Numbered from the stretch's first letter, positions 1 through 10,129 are shown. The stretch: 64,000 nt of DNA from Alphaproteobacteria bacterium (GCA_965242595.1 OZ251464.1:2744982-2808981); one strand, 5' to 3'. Program-made: numbers and translations. Notes: generated by a model not told the origin, from the sequence alone.

Positions 1-839
1 CCGGTTTCCACCCACATCGGCGGCACGATATGGATGGAGCCCGCCAGCGACGCCGACGAACCGGCGATGACGTTGAAATAATCCAGGCCGCCGCCCCGGT
101 CCAGCAGCTGGATGGCCTCTGTGACGGTCGCGATATCGGGGCCGTCGTGGGAGCGTTCGTCGCCAGAAATGCGCAGGCCCACCACGAAATCCGGCCCCAG
201 CCTGGCGCGGATGGCGTCGATCGCCTGGCGCAGGAAACGCAGCCGGTTCTCCAGGCTGCCGCCGTAATCGTCGTCGCGCCGATTGACCCTGGGGTTCAGA
301 AACTGGGCCGGCAGATAGCCGTGGCTGGCCACGATCTCGACCCCGTCCAGCCCGGCCTCGGCCAGGCGCAGGGCGGCATCGCCATAGCCCTCCACCACCT
401 CGGCGATCAACGCGCGCGACATCGGGCGCGGCACCACGTGGAAGCGTTCGTTGGGAACGGCCGAGGGCGCATAGGCCACCGGCGCGCTGCCATCGATGGA
501 TTCGAAATTCTCGCGCCCGGGGTGGAACAGCTGGCCGAACACCTTGCAGCCATGGCGATGGACGCCGGCGGCGATGCGGCGATAGCCGGGGATGCAGTCG
601 TCGCTTTCGCCCTTGATGGTGTGGGAGGTATAGACGGCCGAAGGATGCACCGTGGCCACCTCCACGATCACCAGCCCGGCCCCGCCCCGGGCGCGGGCGG
701 CGTGATAGGCGGCCAGATGTTCGTTGGGCTTGTAGTCGGTGGCCAGCGTGGTCATGTGGCCGGTGGAAAAGATGCGGTTTTTGATGGTGACGCCGTTCAC
801 GGTGAGCGGCGTGAAGAGATGGGGAAACATATCCGGCAT
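1..839 (-). CDS. NADH:flavin oxidoreductase, Old Yellow Enzyme family (partial, runs off the window start)
   Basis: Read manually on the minus strand (absent from the ORF track): MPDMFPHLFTPLTVNGVTIKNRIFSTGHMTT...YHAARARGGAGLVIVEVATVHP, the OYE N-terminal signature; G-rich RBS upstream of ATG 839. Confidence 0.85.
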   Translation of the reverse strand, partial: MPDMFPHLFTPLTVNGVTIKNRIFSTGHMTTLATDYKPNEHLAAYHAARARGGAGLVIVEVATVHPSAVYTSHTIKGESDDCIPGYRRIAAGVHRHGCKVFGQLFHPGRENFESIDGSAPVAYAPSAVPNERFHVVPRPMSRALIAEVVEGYGDAALRLAEAGLDGVEIVASHGYLPAQFLNPRVNRRDDDYGGSLENRLRFLRQAIDAIRARLGPDFVVGLRISGDERSHDGPDIATVTEAIQLLDRGGGLDYFNVIAGSSASLAGSIHIVPPMWVET

Positions 840-858
840 CGGCGGCGCCCCCCCTGTT

Positions 859-903
859 GTGACCGTCGTGACCGTCGTGACCGTCGTGACCGTCGTGACC
901 GTC
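859..903. repeat. Perfect tandem repeat (GTGACCGTC)x5
   Basis: Five exact 9-bp units read directly. Confidence 0.95.
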
Positions 904-1012
904 ATGGCCGGCGGCCACTAAACCACGTCCGGGCGGACCGTGCCAGGGGCCACGCGCTGGCGGCGGCGCGGCCGCCGGCCTAGCCTGCCGCGGCCGGCAA
1001 AGGGAGGACGCC

Positions 1013-2338
1013 ATGGCCCGCATCGCCAACACCGCGCTTCGCGAAGAGCTGACCCGCGCCCTGGATGACGCCGTGGCCGCCTTTGCGGCCGCCAACCCCG
1101 AAAGCCGGGCCGAAGACCGGGCGGCCGCGGCCGCCATGCCCGGCGGCAACACCCGCACGGTGCTGTTTCACCCGCCCTTCCCGCTCACCCTGGCCCGGGG
1201 CGAAGGCGCCCATGTCTGGGACATCGACGGCCACCGCTATACCAATTTCGTGGGCGAGTTCGGCGCCGGCCTGTTCGGCCATTCCGAGCCGCGCCTGGCG
1301 GGCGCCATCTCCCGCGCCCTGGCCGATGGCTGGGTGCTGGGCGGCCCCAACCGCTACGAGCGCAGGCTGGCGGCCGAGCTGGTGCGCCGCTTTCCCTCGC
1401 TGGACAAGGTGCGCTTTACCAATTCCGGCACCGAGGCCAACATGATGGCCATCGTCACCGCCCGCGCCGTCACCGGAAGGGACAGGGTGATGGTGTTCGA
1501 AGGCGCCTATCACGGCGGCGTCTTCACCTTTGCCCATGGCGGCTCGCCCATCAACGCGCCGTTCGATTATGTGATGGCGCCCTTCAACGACACCGAGGCC
1601 ACCCTGGCCCTGATCGCGGCCCATGCCGACGACCTGGCCTGCGTCGTGATCGAGCCGATGCAGGCCTCGGGCGGCATGATCCCGGCGGACAAGGATTTTC
1701 TGCATGCCCTGCGCGCGGCGACCGCCCGCCACGGCATCGTGCTGATCTTCGACGAGGTGGTCACCAGCCGCCTTTCCGGCGGTGGCCTGCAACAGCTGCT
1801 GGGGATCGTGCCGGATATGACGGCGCTGGGCAAATATATCGGCGGCGGCGCCGGCATCGGCGCCTTCGGCGGGCGCGACGAGCTCATGCGCCGCTACGAC
1901 CCGCGCGCCCCCGATGCCATCGGCCATGCCGGCACCTTCAACAACAACGTCATCTCCCATGCCGCCGGCGCGGCCGCCATGGCGGACATCTACACGCCCC
2001 AGCTGGCCCAGGACTTCAATGCCCGCGGCGATGCCCTGCGGGCGCGGCTGAACGCCATCGCAGCGCGCCACGGCCTGGCGCTACACGTCTCCGGGCTGGG
2101 TTCCATGATGCAGATTCACTGCTGCGAAGGCCCGCTGCGGAACGAGCGCGACAGCGCGCACGAGGATGCCACCAAGGCGGCGCTGCTGTTTCACGACCTG
2201 CTGGCCCGCGGCCAGCGCATGACCTGGCGCAACTCCCTGCTGCTGTGCCTGCCCATGACCGATGCCGACCTGGACGGCTTTGCCGCGGCCTTCGACGATG
2301 TGCTGGCAAGGCGCGGCCATCTGCTGGCGGCGGAATAG
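1013..2338 (+). CDS. Class III PLP aminotransferase (glutamate-1-semialdehyde aminomutase-like)
   Basis: PGGNTR, FTNSGTEA, LIFDEVVT, TALGKYIGGG, HAGTFNNN motifs. Confidence 0.9.
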   Translation: MARIANTALREELTRALDDAVAAFAAANPESRAEDRAAAAAMPGGNTRTVLFHPPFPLTLARGEGAHVWDIDGHRYTNFVGEFGAGLFGHSEPRLAGAISRALADGWVLGGPNRYERRLAAELVRRFPSLDKVRFTNSGTEANMMAIVTARAVTGRDRVMVFEGAYHGGVFTFAHGGSPINAPFDYVMAPFNDTEATLALIAAHADDLACVVIEPMQASGGMIPADKDFLHALRAATARHGIVLIFDEVVTSRLSGGGLQQLLGIVPDMTALGKYIGGGAGIGAFGGRDELMRRYDPRAPDAIGHAGTFNNNVISHAAGAAAMADIYTPQLAQDFNARGDALRARLNAIAARHGLALHVSGLGSMMQIHCCEGPLRNERDSAHEDATKAALLFHDLLARGQRMTWRNSLLLCLPMTDADLDGFAAAFDDVLARRGHLLAAE

Positions 2339-2364
2339 GAACCCCCGGCGCCGCCCTTGCCTTA

Positions 2365-2378
2365 CCCCCCCCCCCCCC
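2365..2378. repeat. C14 homopolymer inside a putative promoter spacer
   Basis: TTGCCT (2357-2362)-TA-C14-GTGC-GAGAAT (2383-2388). Confidence 0.8.
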
Positions 2379-2528
2379 GTGCGAGAATGGCGGACTCGGC
2401 GATTCGGGGCGATTCGGGGGGACGGCCATGGGTGGGGCGGAATTCAGGGTCTTCGCGGCCTGCGCTGCGTTCATGGCCGGCGCGCGACCGTGCGTCGCCC
2501 ATGAACCGCCTGCGCAAGGAGAAGCAAC

Positions 2529-3629
2529 ATGACCACCCCACCACCCAACCTCTTCCGCTATGGGCACAAGGAGCTGTCGCAGGACGCCATGATCTGCTGG
2601 CTGCTGGACTGGGCCAACCGGCGCTACGAGCAGACCTGCCCTGAGCTGCATAAGGCCGGCCAGCGCTTTGCCCACGCGCTGTTCGCCAAACACGACCGCC
2701 CGGGGCCGGAGCGTATCGAAACCGTCCAACTGGGGATGCAGGTTGCCAGCATCGACGTGCTCGCCTGGATCAACGGCGAATACGCCCTGCTGATCGAGGA
2801 CAAGACCGACACCAGCGCCCATGGCAACCAGCTCGAGCGGTATCACTGGCAGGTGCTGGGAGGGCTCGCCATATGGGACGATGTGGCCCGTGACTCGGTG
2901 ACGGTGAAACCCTCACCGGACAAGTTCTTCCCGATCTTCCTCAAAACCGGGAACATCTCCCAGGCCGACAAGAAGTGGATAGAGGGACGCGAACTCTGCC
3001 CGCCCTACAGGGTGTTCGAGCGCAAGGACTTCCTGGACGCTCTGGAAGGGTGCGACCGGAGCCGGTCGGAAATTCTGGCGGCCTTTCACGACCACCTCAT
3101 GGAGAAGGAAAGGTCCACCCAAGCCTATGAAAGCGCCCCTCTGTCCGATTGGCCATGGGATGCCTGGCAGGGATTCTTCCGCTGCCTCGAAGGAAAGATG
3201 GAGAACGTCGAGGGATGGAACTATGTCCCCAATCAGGCCGGCGGCTTCATGGGCCTGTGGTGGTACTGGCAGTCCCCTCAGCATGGCGATGAAGAACTGC
3301 ATCTGCAGATCGAGTGGGGAAGGCTGTGCTTCAAGATCAAGGTTGGCGACGCGAGCAAGCGCAGGGAGCGCAGGCAACACTGGCATGAGCGCATCGTGGA
3401 GGCGGGCAGGGCCAGCGCTTTGCCGGTCGTCAGGCCGGCCCGGTTCGGAAGCGGCTACACCATGACCGTCGCCATCGTCGAGGGCGACTTCCGGCAGGCC
3501 GGCGCCGACGGCAGGCTGGACCTGGACGCCACCCTGGCCATCCTGCGGCAGGCAGAGCAGGTGCTGTGCGCGGCCGCGCAGACCGCCGCTCCGGACAGCG
3601 CCCCGAACAGCGCCCCGGACAGCCCATAG
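2529..3629 (+). CDS. PD-(D/E)XK nuclease superfamily protein
   Basis: ELSQDAMICWLL...IDVLAWINGEYALLIEDKT...NQLERY (D...ExK plus QLxRY); C-terminal APDS/APNS 12-bp repeats at 3588-3623. Confidence 0.8.
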   Translation: MTTPPPNLFRYGHKELSQDAMICWLLDWANRRYEQTCPELHKAGQRFAHALFAKHDRPGPERIETVQLGMQVASIDVLAWINGEYALLIEDKTDTSAHGNQLERYHWQVLGGLAIWDDVARDSVTVKPSPDKFFPIFLKTGNISQADKKWIEGRELCPPYRVFERKDFLDALEGCDRSRSEILAAFHDHLMEKERSTQAYESAPLSDWPWDAWQGFFRCLEGKMENVEGWNYVPNQAGGFMGLWWYWQSPQHGDEELHLQIEWGRLCFKIKVGDASKRRERRQHWHERIVEAGRASALPVVRPARFGSGYTMTVAIVEGDFRQAGADGRLDLDATLAILRQAEQVLCAAAQTAAPDSAPNSAPDSP

Positions 3630-3780
3630 TCGCCAGGGGGCGCAACACAAGGGGAACTATACGTCCGAATCTGACGCATACCCCCACAAGGGGCAGCCCC
3701 TGGACACGCCCGCGCCGCCCCCTGCCCCGCGCCCTGCGCCCGTGCTATCGTCGCGGCGCAACCTGCCGGGAGGGGATGCC

Positions 3781-4539
3781 ATGGCCGCCGTCACCCAGCT
3801 TCAAGCCGATGCCGCCTCCAGCCGCGAATGGGAGATTCGCTGCGAGCTCGCCGCGCTCTACCGCGCCTTCGTCCGCTATGGCTGGACCGACCTCATCTAC
3901 ACCCACATCTCGGCCCGCCTGCCCGACGAGCCGGGCCGCTACCTCATCAACCCCTATGGCCTGCTGTTCGAAGAGGTCACCGCCTCCAACCTGATCGTGG
4001 TCGATTACGACGGCCGCCTGGTGCGCGGCGACTGGCCGGTGAACTCGGCCGGCCACGCCATCCACCACGCCGTGCTGAAGGGGCGCGACGATGTCAACTT
4101 CGTGCTGCACACCCACAGCCGGGCCGGCATGGCGGTGGCCTGCATGGCCTGCGGCCTGCTGCCGCTGACCCAGCAGGCCATGTTCCTGCACGGGCGCGTG
4201 GCCTACCACCCCTGGGACACGCAAACCGCCGGCCAGGCCGAATGCGACAAGCTGGTTGCCGATCTGGGCCGCCACAACGCCATGATCCTGCACAATCACG
4301 GCCTGCTGACCTGCGGGCCGACGGCGGGCGCGGCCTTCCAGACCCTCTACAACCTGGAAGTGGCCTGCAAGGTGCAGGTGGATGTGCTGGCATCGGGCCA
4401 GAAGACGGTGGTGCCCGACCAAGACGCCATCGCCCGCACCGCGGCCCTGGCCGACGACGAGGAATTCATGCCCGACGACAGCGCCTGGCAGGCGGTGCTC
4501 CGCGCCCTGGAGCGCACCTGCCCGGATTACCGCAGCTGA
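3781..4539 (+). CDS. Class II aldolase/adducin family protein
   Basis: THISARLP, INPYGLLFEEVTAS, LHTHS, LHNHGLLTCG; GGAGGGG RBS before ATG 3781. Confidence 0.9.
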   Translation: MAAVTQLQADAASSREWEIRCELAALYRAFVRYGWTDLIYTHISARLPDEPGRYLINPYGLLFEEVTASNLIVVDYDGRLVRGDWPVNSAGHAIHHAVLKGRDDVNFVLHTHSRAGMAVACMACGLLPLTQQAMFLHGRVAYHPWDTQTAGQAECDKLVADLGRHNAMILHNHGLLTCGPTAGAAFQTLYNLEVACKVQVDVLASGQKTVVPDQDAIARTAALADDEEFMPDDSAWQAVLRALERTCPDYRS

Positions 4540-4555
4540 TCCGGAGGCGAACGCC

Positions 4556-5467
4556 ATGGCCACCTGCCCGCTGCGCTGCCGCCAGACGCAAGGCAACACG
4601 CCGAAGGCCGCCCATTGGGGCTGCGATTCCGAATACGGCCTGCTGACCGACGTGCTGCTGGCCCCCGCCGATCATTACCGCTGGCGGGCCACCAGCTCCA
4701 TCTCCAGGGCGACGCTGGCCAGGGGCGATGTCTTCGACAAGCAGCTGGCCATGAAGCAGCACCGGGAGATGGTGGATGCCTATCTGGAGGCGGGCGTGAA
4801 GGTGCACTGGCTGGAGGGCGACGAACATCTGCCCTATCAGGTCTATGCCCGCGACTCCTCCTTCATGACCCCCTATGGCGCCGTGGTGACGCAGATGGCG
4901 CAGTGGTGGCGGCGGGGCGAATATGCGCCGGTGGTCCGCTTCTATGTCGAAAACGGCATCCCCATCTACGACATGGTGACGGCCGGCTCGTTCGAGGGCG
5001 GCGATTTCGACATCATCGAGCCCGGCGCGGTGCTGATCGGCTGGTGCGGCGAGAGGACACAGCAAGGCGCCGCCCGCCAGGTCGCCCGCTGGTTCGAAAA
5101 GGAAGGCTGGGAGGTCAAAATCGCCCCCATCGCCGAACACTACGTCCATATCGACCTGATGGTGTGCATGCTGGCGGAAAAGCTGGCCGCCGTCTGCCTG
5201 GACACCACCGACCCGGAGATCGTGGACTGGCTGAAGGCCAGAAAGATCGAGATCGTGCCGGTGAACTACCGCGACACCATGGCGCTGGCCTGCAATGTCA
5301 TGGCGCTGGGCAACGACCGGGTGCTGGCGCCCGCCCATGCCCGGGATCTGAACGCCCGGCTGAAGGCGCTGGGCTTTACGGTGTTCGACCCGGATGTCGA
5401 TGTCTTCACCCGCGGCGGCGGCGGCGTCCACTGCATGGCGCAATCGCTGCGCCGCCAGCCGGCCTGA
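4556..5467 (+). CDS. Amidinotransferase / dimethylarginine dimethylaminohydrolase family protein
   Basis: SEYGLL, YARDS, FEGGD, HID, C-terminal GGGVHCM; GGAGG RBS. Confidence 0.85.
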   Translation: MATCPLRCRQTQGNTPKAAHWGCDSEYGLLTDVLLAPADHYRWRATSSISRATLARGDVFDKQLAMKQHREMVDAYLEAGVKVHWLEGDEHLPYQVYARDSSFMTPYGAVVTQMAQWWRRGEYAPVVRFYVENGIPIYDMVTAGSFEGGDFDIIEPGAVLIGWCGERTQQGAARQVARWFEKEGWEVKIAPIAEHYVHIDLMVCMLAEKLAAVCLDTTDPEIVDWLKARKIEIVPVNYRDTMALACNVMALGNDRVLAPAHARDLNARLKALGFTVFDPDVDVFTRGGGGVHCMAQSLRRQPA

Positions 5468-5503
5468 CGCCCCCGCCCGGCGCCGGGCGGCCCCTAGCGG
5501 CCC

Positions 5504-6295
5504 CTAGCGGCCCTTGAACACCGGCTTGCGCTTTTCGGCGAAGGCGCGCGGGCCTTCCCTGGCATCTTCGCTGGCCAGCATGCGGGTATAGATCGGCAGC
5601 TGGCCGCTGCGCAGCTTGCGGAAGCAATCGGGGATGGAAAGGTGCATGCTGTGGCGCACCGCCTCCTTGGTGGCCTGCAACGCCAGCGGCCCGCCTTCGG
5701 CCAGGTGGCGGGCGGTGGCCCGCGCCCGTTCCATCAGCGCCTCCGGGGCCACGATCTCGTTCACCAGCCCCCAGCGCAGGGCCTCCTCCGCGCCCATGCG
5801 CCGCCCGGTCAGCAGGATGTCCATGGCGATGGAATGGGGCAGGCGGCGGGGCAGAATCTGGATGGCGCCGCCATCGGCGACGAAGCCGCGATGGACATCG
5901 GGCACGAAGAAGGTGGCGTGCGGCACGGCATATTGCAGATCGCAGGCCAGCGCGATCTCCCAGCCGCCGCCGACGGCATAGCCGTTCACGGCCGCGATCA
6001 CCGGCTTGTAGAGGTTCCACATTTCGGTGATACCGGCAAAGCCGCCATCCACCGCCTCCTCGCCGCCGCCATGTTCCTGGCTGGCCGCCGCTTCCTTCAG
6101 ATCCCAGCCGGGCGAGAAGAACTTGCCGCCCGCCCCGGTGACGATGCCCACCAGCAGCTCCGGATCGTCGCGCAGGGTGGCGAAGGCCCGCGACAGCCCG
6201 GCCGTCACCCGCCGTCCGATGGCGTTGGCGGGCGGGTTGTCGATGGTGATCTCGATCACGCGGCCCCGCCTTTCGGTCCTCACCGGCTCGCCCAT
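5504..6295 (-). CDS. Enoyl-CoA hydratase family (carnitinyl-CoA dehydratase-like)
   Basis: FSPGWDLK, KPVIAAVNGYAVGGG, EGPRAFAEKRKPVFKG. Confidence 0.88.
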   Translation of the reverse strand: MGEPVRTERRGRVIEITIDNPPANAIGRRVTAGLSRAFATLRDDPELLVGIVTGAGGKFFSPGWDLKEAAASQEHGGGEEAVDGGFAGITEMWNLYKPVIAAVNGYAVGGGWEIALACDLQYAVPHATFFVPDVHRGFVADGGAIQILPRRLPHSIAMDILLTGRRMGAEEALRWGLVNEIVAPEALMERARATARHLAEGGPLALQATKEAVRHSMHLSIPDCFRKLRSGQLPIYTRMLASEDAREGPRAFAEKRKPVFKGR

Positions 6296-6322
6296 GGCTT
6301 CCCTCCCCTTCGCGCCCGGCCC

Positions 6323-7075
6323 CTATAGCGCGGCGGAATCGCCGTCCTCAACCGCCGCCCGGCGGCGTTGCAGCGCCGCGATGCGCCTCGCCAGCAGCTC
6401 GCCCTGGATGCGGACCAGCAGCACGGCGACATAAAAGGCGAACAAGCCCACAGCCATGGTCAGCAGCGGCCACAGCATGGAGTCATGGATGGCGGGGCCG
6501 TCTGCGCGCAGCACGCTGGCGCCCTGATGCAGCGTGTTCCACCAATCCACCGAGAATTTGACCACCGGCAGGTTCACGGCCCCAACCACGGCCAGGATGG
6601 CGGCCGCGCGGGCGCCGCGCCAGCCTTCGTCGAAGGCCCGCGCCAGGGCCATATGGCCCAGATAGAGGAACAACAGCACCAGCACCGAGGTCAGCCTGGC
6701 ATCCCACACCCACCAGGTGCCCCAGCTGGGCTTGCCCCACAGGCTGCCGGTGATCAGCGCCACGGCGGTGAAACAGGCGCCGATGGGCGACGACGCGCGC
6801 GCGGCCAGATCGGCCAGCACATGCTTCCAGATCAGAAAGGCGGCAGAGAACGCCGCCATGACGGCATAGCACAGCAGCGCCATCCACGCCGCCGGCACAT
6901 GGACATACATGATGCGCGCGCTGTCGCCCTGCTGATAATCCGGCGGCGCGAAGGCCAGCCCCCAGACCAGGCCGCAGGCCAGCCCCAGCGCCGCCAGGGC
7001 GCCGGCCCAGGGCAGCAGGCAGGACGCCAGGCGCTGGAAACGGGCGGGGCTGGCAAGGCGGTGGAAGAAGGCCAC
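6323..7075 (-). CDS. ccmC: Heme exporter protein C
   Basis: IMYVHVPAAW, WGKPSWGTWWVWDARLT (WWD domain), WWNTLHQ; GTG start after AGGAG. Confidence 0.95.
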   Translation of the reverse strand: MAFFHRLASPARFQRLASCLLPWAGALAALGLACGLVWGLAFAPPDYQQGDSARIMYVHVPAAWMALLCYAVMAAFSAAFLIWKHVLADLAARASSPIGACFTAVALITGSLWGKPSWGTWWVWDARLTSVLVLLFLYLGHMALARAFDEGWRGARAAAILAVVGAVNLPVVKFSVDWWNTLHQGASVLRADGPAIHDSMLWPLLTMAVGLFAFYVAVLLVRIQGELLARRIAALQRRRAAVEDGDSAAL

Positions 7076-7097
7076 GGGCGCGACTCCTGGGGCGCGT

Positions 7098-7775
7098 TCA
7101 GGCCAGCGCCAGGCGCAGGGCGCCGGCCCCGGCAAAGGCCGCCAGCGGCAGGGCGGCGGCCAGCAGAGCGGCCTGGATCAGCATATGGGGCCAGGCCGGC
7201 AGCCCCGCCAGGGCCGCCTCCACCGCCAGAACGCCGAACACCAGCACCGGCACGAACAGCGGCAGCACCAGCAGGCCGATCAGCGCCCCGCCGCGCCTGG
7301 CCCCCAGCACCAGCGCGGCGCCCACCGCGCCCACCAGGCTGACCGAAGGCGTGCCCAGCAGCAGCGCCCCCGCCAGCACCGGCCAGACCGCGCTGTCCAG
7401 CTGCAACAGCGCCGCCATGGCCGGGGCCATCAGGGCGGCCGGCAGCCCGGTGGTCAGCCAGTGGGCGAGGCATTTCGCCATCAGCGTCAGCTCCAGCGGC
7501 AGCGGCCCCAGGGCCAGCAGCTCCAGGGCGCCGTCCTCGAAATCGGGGCGGAACATGCGCTCCAGCGACAAGGTGGCGGCCAGCAGGGCCACCACCCACA
7601 CCACGCCGGCCGCCACCCGCCCCAGCAGCTGCGGATCGGGGCCGATGCCGAAGGGGAACAGGGCGACGGCGACGACGAAAAAGCCCAGCGTCAGCGCCGC
7701 CTCGTCGCCGCGCCCCAGGGCCAGCGCCACATCGCGGCGGACGAGGGCGAGCCATCCCCTCATGGCGGCCCTCAT
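7098..7775 (-). CDS. ccmB: Heme exporter protein B
   Basis: LFPFGIGPD, DFEDGALE, KCLAHW, LLVLPLFVPVLVFG; ATGA overlap with ccmA. Confidence 0.93.
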   Translation of the reverse strand: MRAAMRGWLALVRRDVALALGRGDEAALTLGFFVVAVALFPFGIGPDPQLLGRVAAGVVWVVALLAATLSLERMFRPDFEDGALELLALGPLPLELTLMAKCLAHWLTTGLPAALMAPAMAALLQLDSAVWPVLAGALLLGTPSVSLVGAVGAALVLGARRGGALIGLLVLPLFVPVLVFGVLAVEAALAGLPAWPHMLIQAALLAAALPLAAFAGAGALRLALA

Positions 7776-8455
7776 GGCGGCGCCGGCGCCGGGGCGCGCC
7801 GTTCCGCAGGGCGGCAGGGCGGCAGGGCCAGGCGGGCGGCGCCCGCCGGGGCCGGCGCCTCGCGGCCCGCCATCGCCACCACGCCGCCCAGGGCCAGATG
7901 GCGTTCGATCAGCGCCGCCAGCCGCGCCAGCGACGGCGCGTCCAGCCCGGCGCCGGGTTCGTCCAGCAGCCAGCAGCCCCCCGGCCGCAGCGCCAGCCGC
8001 GCCAGGGCCAGCCGACGGCGCTGGCCGGCCGAAAGCAGCGCCGCCGGCGTCGCCGCCAACGGCGCCAGCCCCAGCGCCCGCAGCGCCGCGCCGACATCGC
8101 CGCCGCCTTCGAAGGCCTGCCAGAAGCGGAGATTGGCGGCCACCGTCAGGGCCGGCTTCACGGCGTCGCGATGGCCCAGAAACACCAGCGCCCGGCGCCA
8201 GGGGCCGGGCTCCGCCCGCGTGTCCCGCCCGTGCCACAGCACCCGCCCGGCGGCCGCCGGCGCCAGCCCCGCCAGCAGCCGCAGCAGGCTGGTTTTGCCG
8301 CTGCCATTGGCGCCTTCCAGCACCAGCGCCTGGCCGGCGGCCAGGGTGAAGGAGAGCGCGGTGAACAGGCGCCGCCCGCCACGCTCGCAGGCCACATGTT
8401 CTGCCGCCAGGGCCGGGCTTCGGGAGCTTCGGGACTGCGTCGCCATCGCTGCCAT
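7772..8455 (-). CDS. ccmA: Heme ABC exporter ATP-binding protein A
   Basis: GANGSGKT Walker A, LSAGQRRR, WLLDEP; first gene of ccmABC; start uncertain (8446 or 8455). Confidence 0.9.
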   Translation of the reverse strand: MAAMATQSRSSRSPALAAEHVACERGGRRLFTALSFTLAAGQALVLEGANGSGKTSLLRLLAGLAPAAAGRVLWHGRDTRAEPGPWRRALVFLGHRDAVKPALTVAANLRFWQAFEGGGDVGAALRALGLAPLAATPAALLSAGQRRRLALARLALRPGGCWLLDEPGAGLDAPSLARLAALIERHLALGGVVAMAGREAPAPAGAARLALPPCRPAERRAPAPAPP

Positions 8456-8551
8456 CCTACAGGCACGGTGCCCGGCCGGTAAGCGCGCCGCCCCTTGCAA
8501 GGGCAAGCGTTATGTTTCTAAACTGGCGGCGGACGACGGCAGGAGGATGCC

Positions 8552-10129
8552 ATGGCCTGGGTGAAAACCGTCGCCGCCGCCAGGCTGGAGCGCGAAGGCC
8601 GCGCCGTTTTTCGCCTGGATGGGCGCCAGATCGCGCTGTTCGCCACGCCGGACGGCGTGTTCGCCTGCAACAATCGCTGCCCCCACCAGGGCTATCCCCT
8701 GAGCGAGGGCACGCTGGACCGGGCCTGCCAGCTGACCTGCAACTGGCACAATTGGCGCTTCGATCTGCGCAGCGGCGAAAACCAGCGCGACGGCGACAGG
8801 CTGCGCGTCTATCCGGTGCAGCTGCGGGCGGGCGATATCTGGGTGGAGATCGTCGATCCGCCGCCCCAGCGCCGCCGTCAGCGCATCCTGGCCGACCTGG
8901 CCCAGGGCTTTGCCGACCACGATTACGAACGCCTGGCCCGCGAACTGGCCCGCCTGCAACGCCTGGATGGCGAGGCCACCCTGGCCGTGAAGGAGGCGAT
9001 CCGCCGGTCGCACGACCGGCTGCAATTCGGCTGGACCCACGCCTTTGCCGGCGCCGCCGACTGGCTTGCCCTGCACGACAGGCACGAAGGCCGGGCGGAA
9101 AACCGGCTGATCTGTCTGCTGGAGGCCATCGGCCACATGGCCGAAGACAGCCTGCGCGAGGCGCCCTGGCCCTATGCCGAAGGCGCGGAGGCCTGGGATG
9201 CGGCCGCCTTCCTGGACGCCGTGGAGGCCCAGCAGGAAGAGCGCGCCATTCGCCTGACCCGGGGCGCGCTGGCGACGGGCGCTGGCTTTGCCACCATGGC
9301 GGATGCGCTGGGGCGGGCGGCGCTGGCCCATTACGCCGATTTCGGCCATGCCGCCATCTATGTCGTGAAGGCGGGCGAGCTGATCTCCCGCCTGGGCGAA
9401 GAGGTGGCCGAACCGCTGCTGCTGGCGCTGGTCCGGGGGCTGGTTGCCGCCTTTCGCGAGGATCTGATCCCCGAATTTCGCGGCTATCGCCCGGCGCTGG
9501 CCGCCTTCGGCGCCGGCGGCGCGGGCCCGGCCCCCGCGGGCGCGGCCTTTGCCGGCCTGGATGCCGGCAAGGCGCTGGCGCTGACATCGCGCCATGGCGG
9601 CGCCGCGCCGGATGCGCTTTTCCGCGCCCTGCTGGCCGCGAACGCCACCAACATGCTGGCCTTCGACCTCAGGCATCTGGACGATCTCGACCGGCCCTAT
9701 GGCAGCGATTTCGGCTGGCTGGACCTTACCCACGGCCTGACCTTCGCCGATGCGGTGTTGCAGCTGGCCAGGCGTCAGCCGGCGCTGTGGCCGGCCGGCC
9801 TGCTGCAGATGGCCTGCTTTGCCGGGCGCAACAGCGGCCACCAGGACGCGGCCATCGCCCTGGACGACTGGCGGGTGGCGGATGCCGACGCCTTCTTCGC
9901 CCGCGCCGAAGAGACGCTGTTCGACCACGGGCGCGACCGTTACATCGTCTCCGTGCATCTTTTGAAGACCATGCAGGCGGTGCGCCGTCTGCTGGCCGCG
10001 CCGGAGGCCGGCGAGGCCGGCGCCATCGCGCTGGCGGCCCTGAACCGGCTGCTGGCCTCGAAGCTGCCCTCCAAGGCGGTGCGGCGGACGGCCCGCCAGG
10101 CCATGCGCTTCGTCGCCGCCGACATGTGA
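8552..10129 (+). CDS. Rieske (2Fe-2S) domain protein with a long helical C-terminal region
   Basis: CPHQG...CNWHNW Rieske ligands within the first 100 aa; AGGAGG RBS. Confidence 0.8.
   Translation: MAWVKTVAAARLEREGRAVFRLDGRQIALFATPDGVFACNNRCPHQGYPLSEGTLDRACQLTCNWHNWRFDLRSGENQRDGDRLRVYPVQLRAGDIWVEIVDPPPQRRRQRILADLAQGFADHDYERLARELARLQRLDGEATLAVKEAIRRSHDRLQFGWTHAFAGAADWLALHDRHEGRAENRLICLLEAIGHMAEDSLREAPWPYAEGAEAWDAAAFLDAVEAQQEERAIRLTRGALATGAGFATMADALGRAALAHYADFGHAAIYVVKAGELISRLGEEVAEPLLLALVRGLVAAFREDLIPEFRGYRPALAAFGAGGAGPAPAGAAFAGLDAGKALALTSRHGGAAPDALFRALLAANATNMLAFDLRHLDDLDRPYGSDFGWLDLTHGLTFADAVLQLARRQPALWPAGLLQMACFAGRNSGHQDAAIALDDWRVADADAFFARAEETLFDHGRDRYIVSVHLLKTMQAVRRLLAAPEAGEAGAIALAALNRLLASKLPSKAVRRTARQAMRFVAADM

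Noticed and set aside
30-983. 317-aa plus-strand ORF
   Set aside because: Antisense to the OYE-family gene; the DRR run is just the 9-bp repeat
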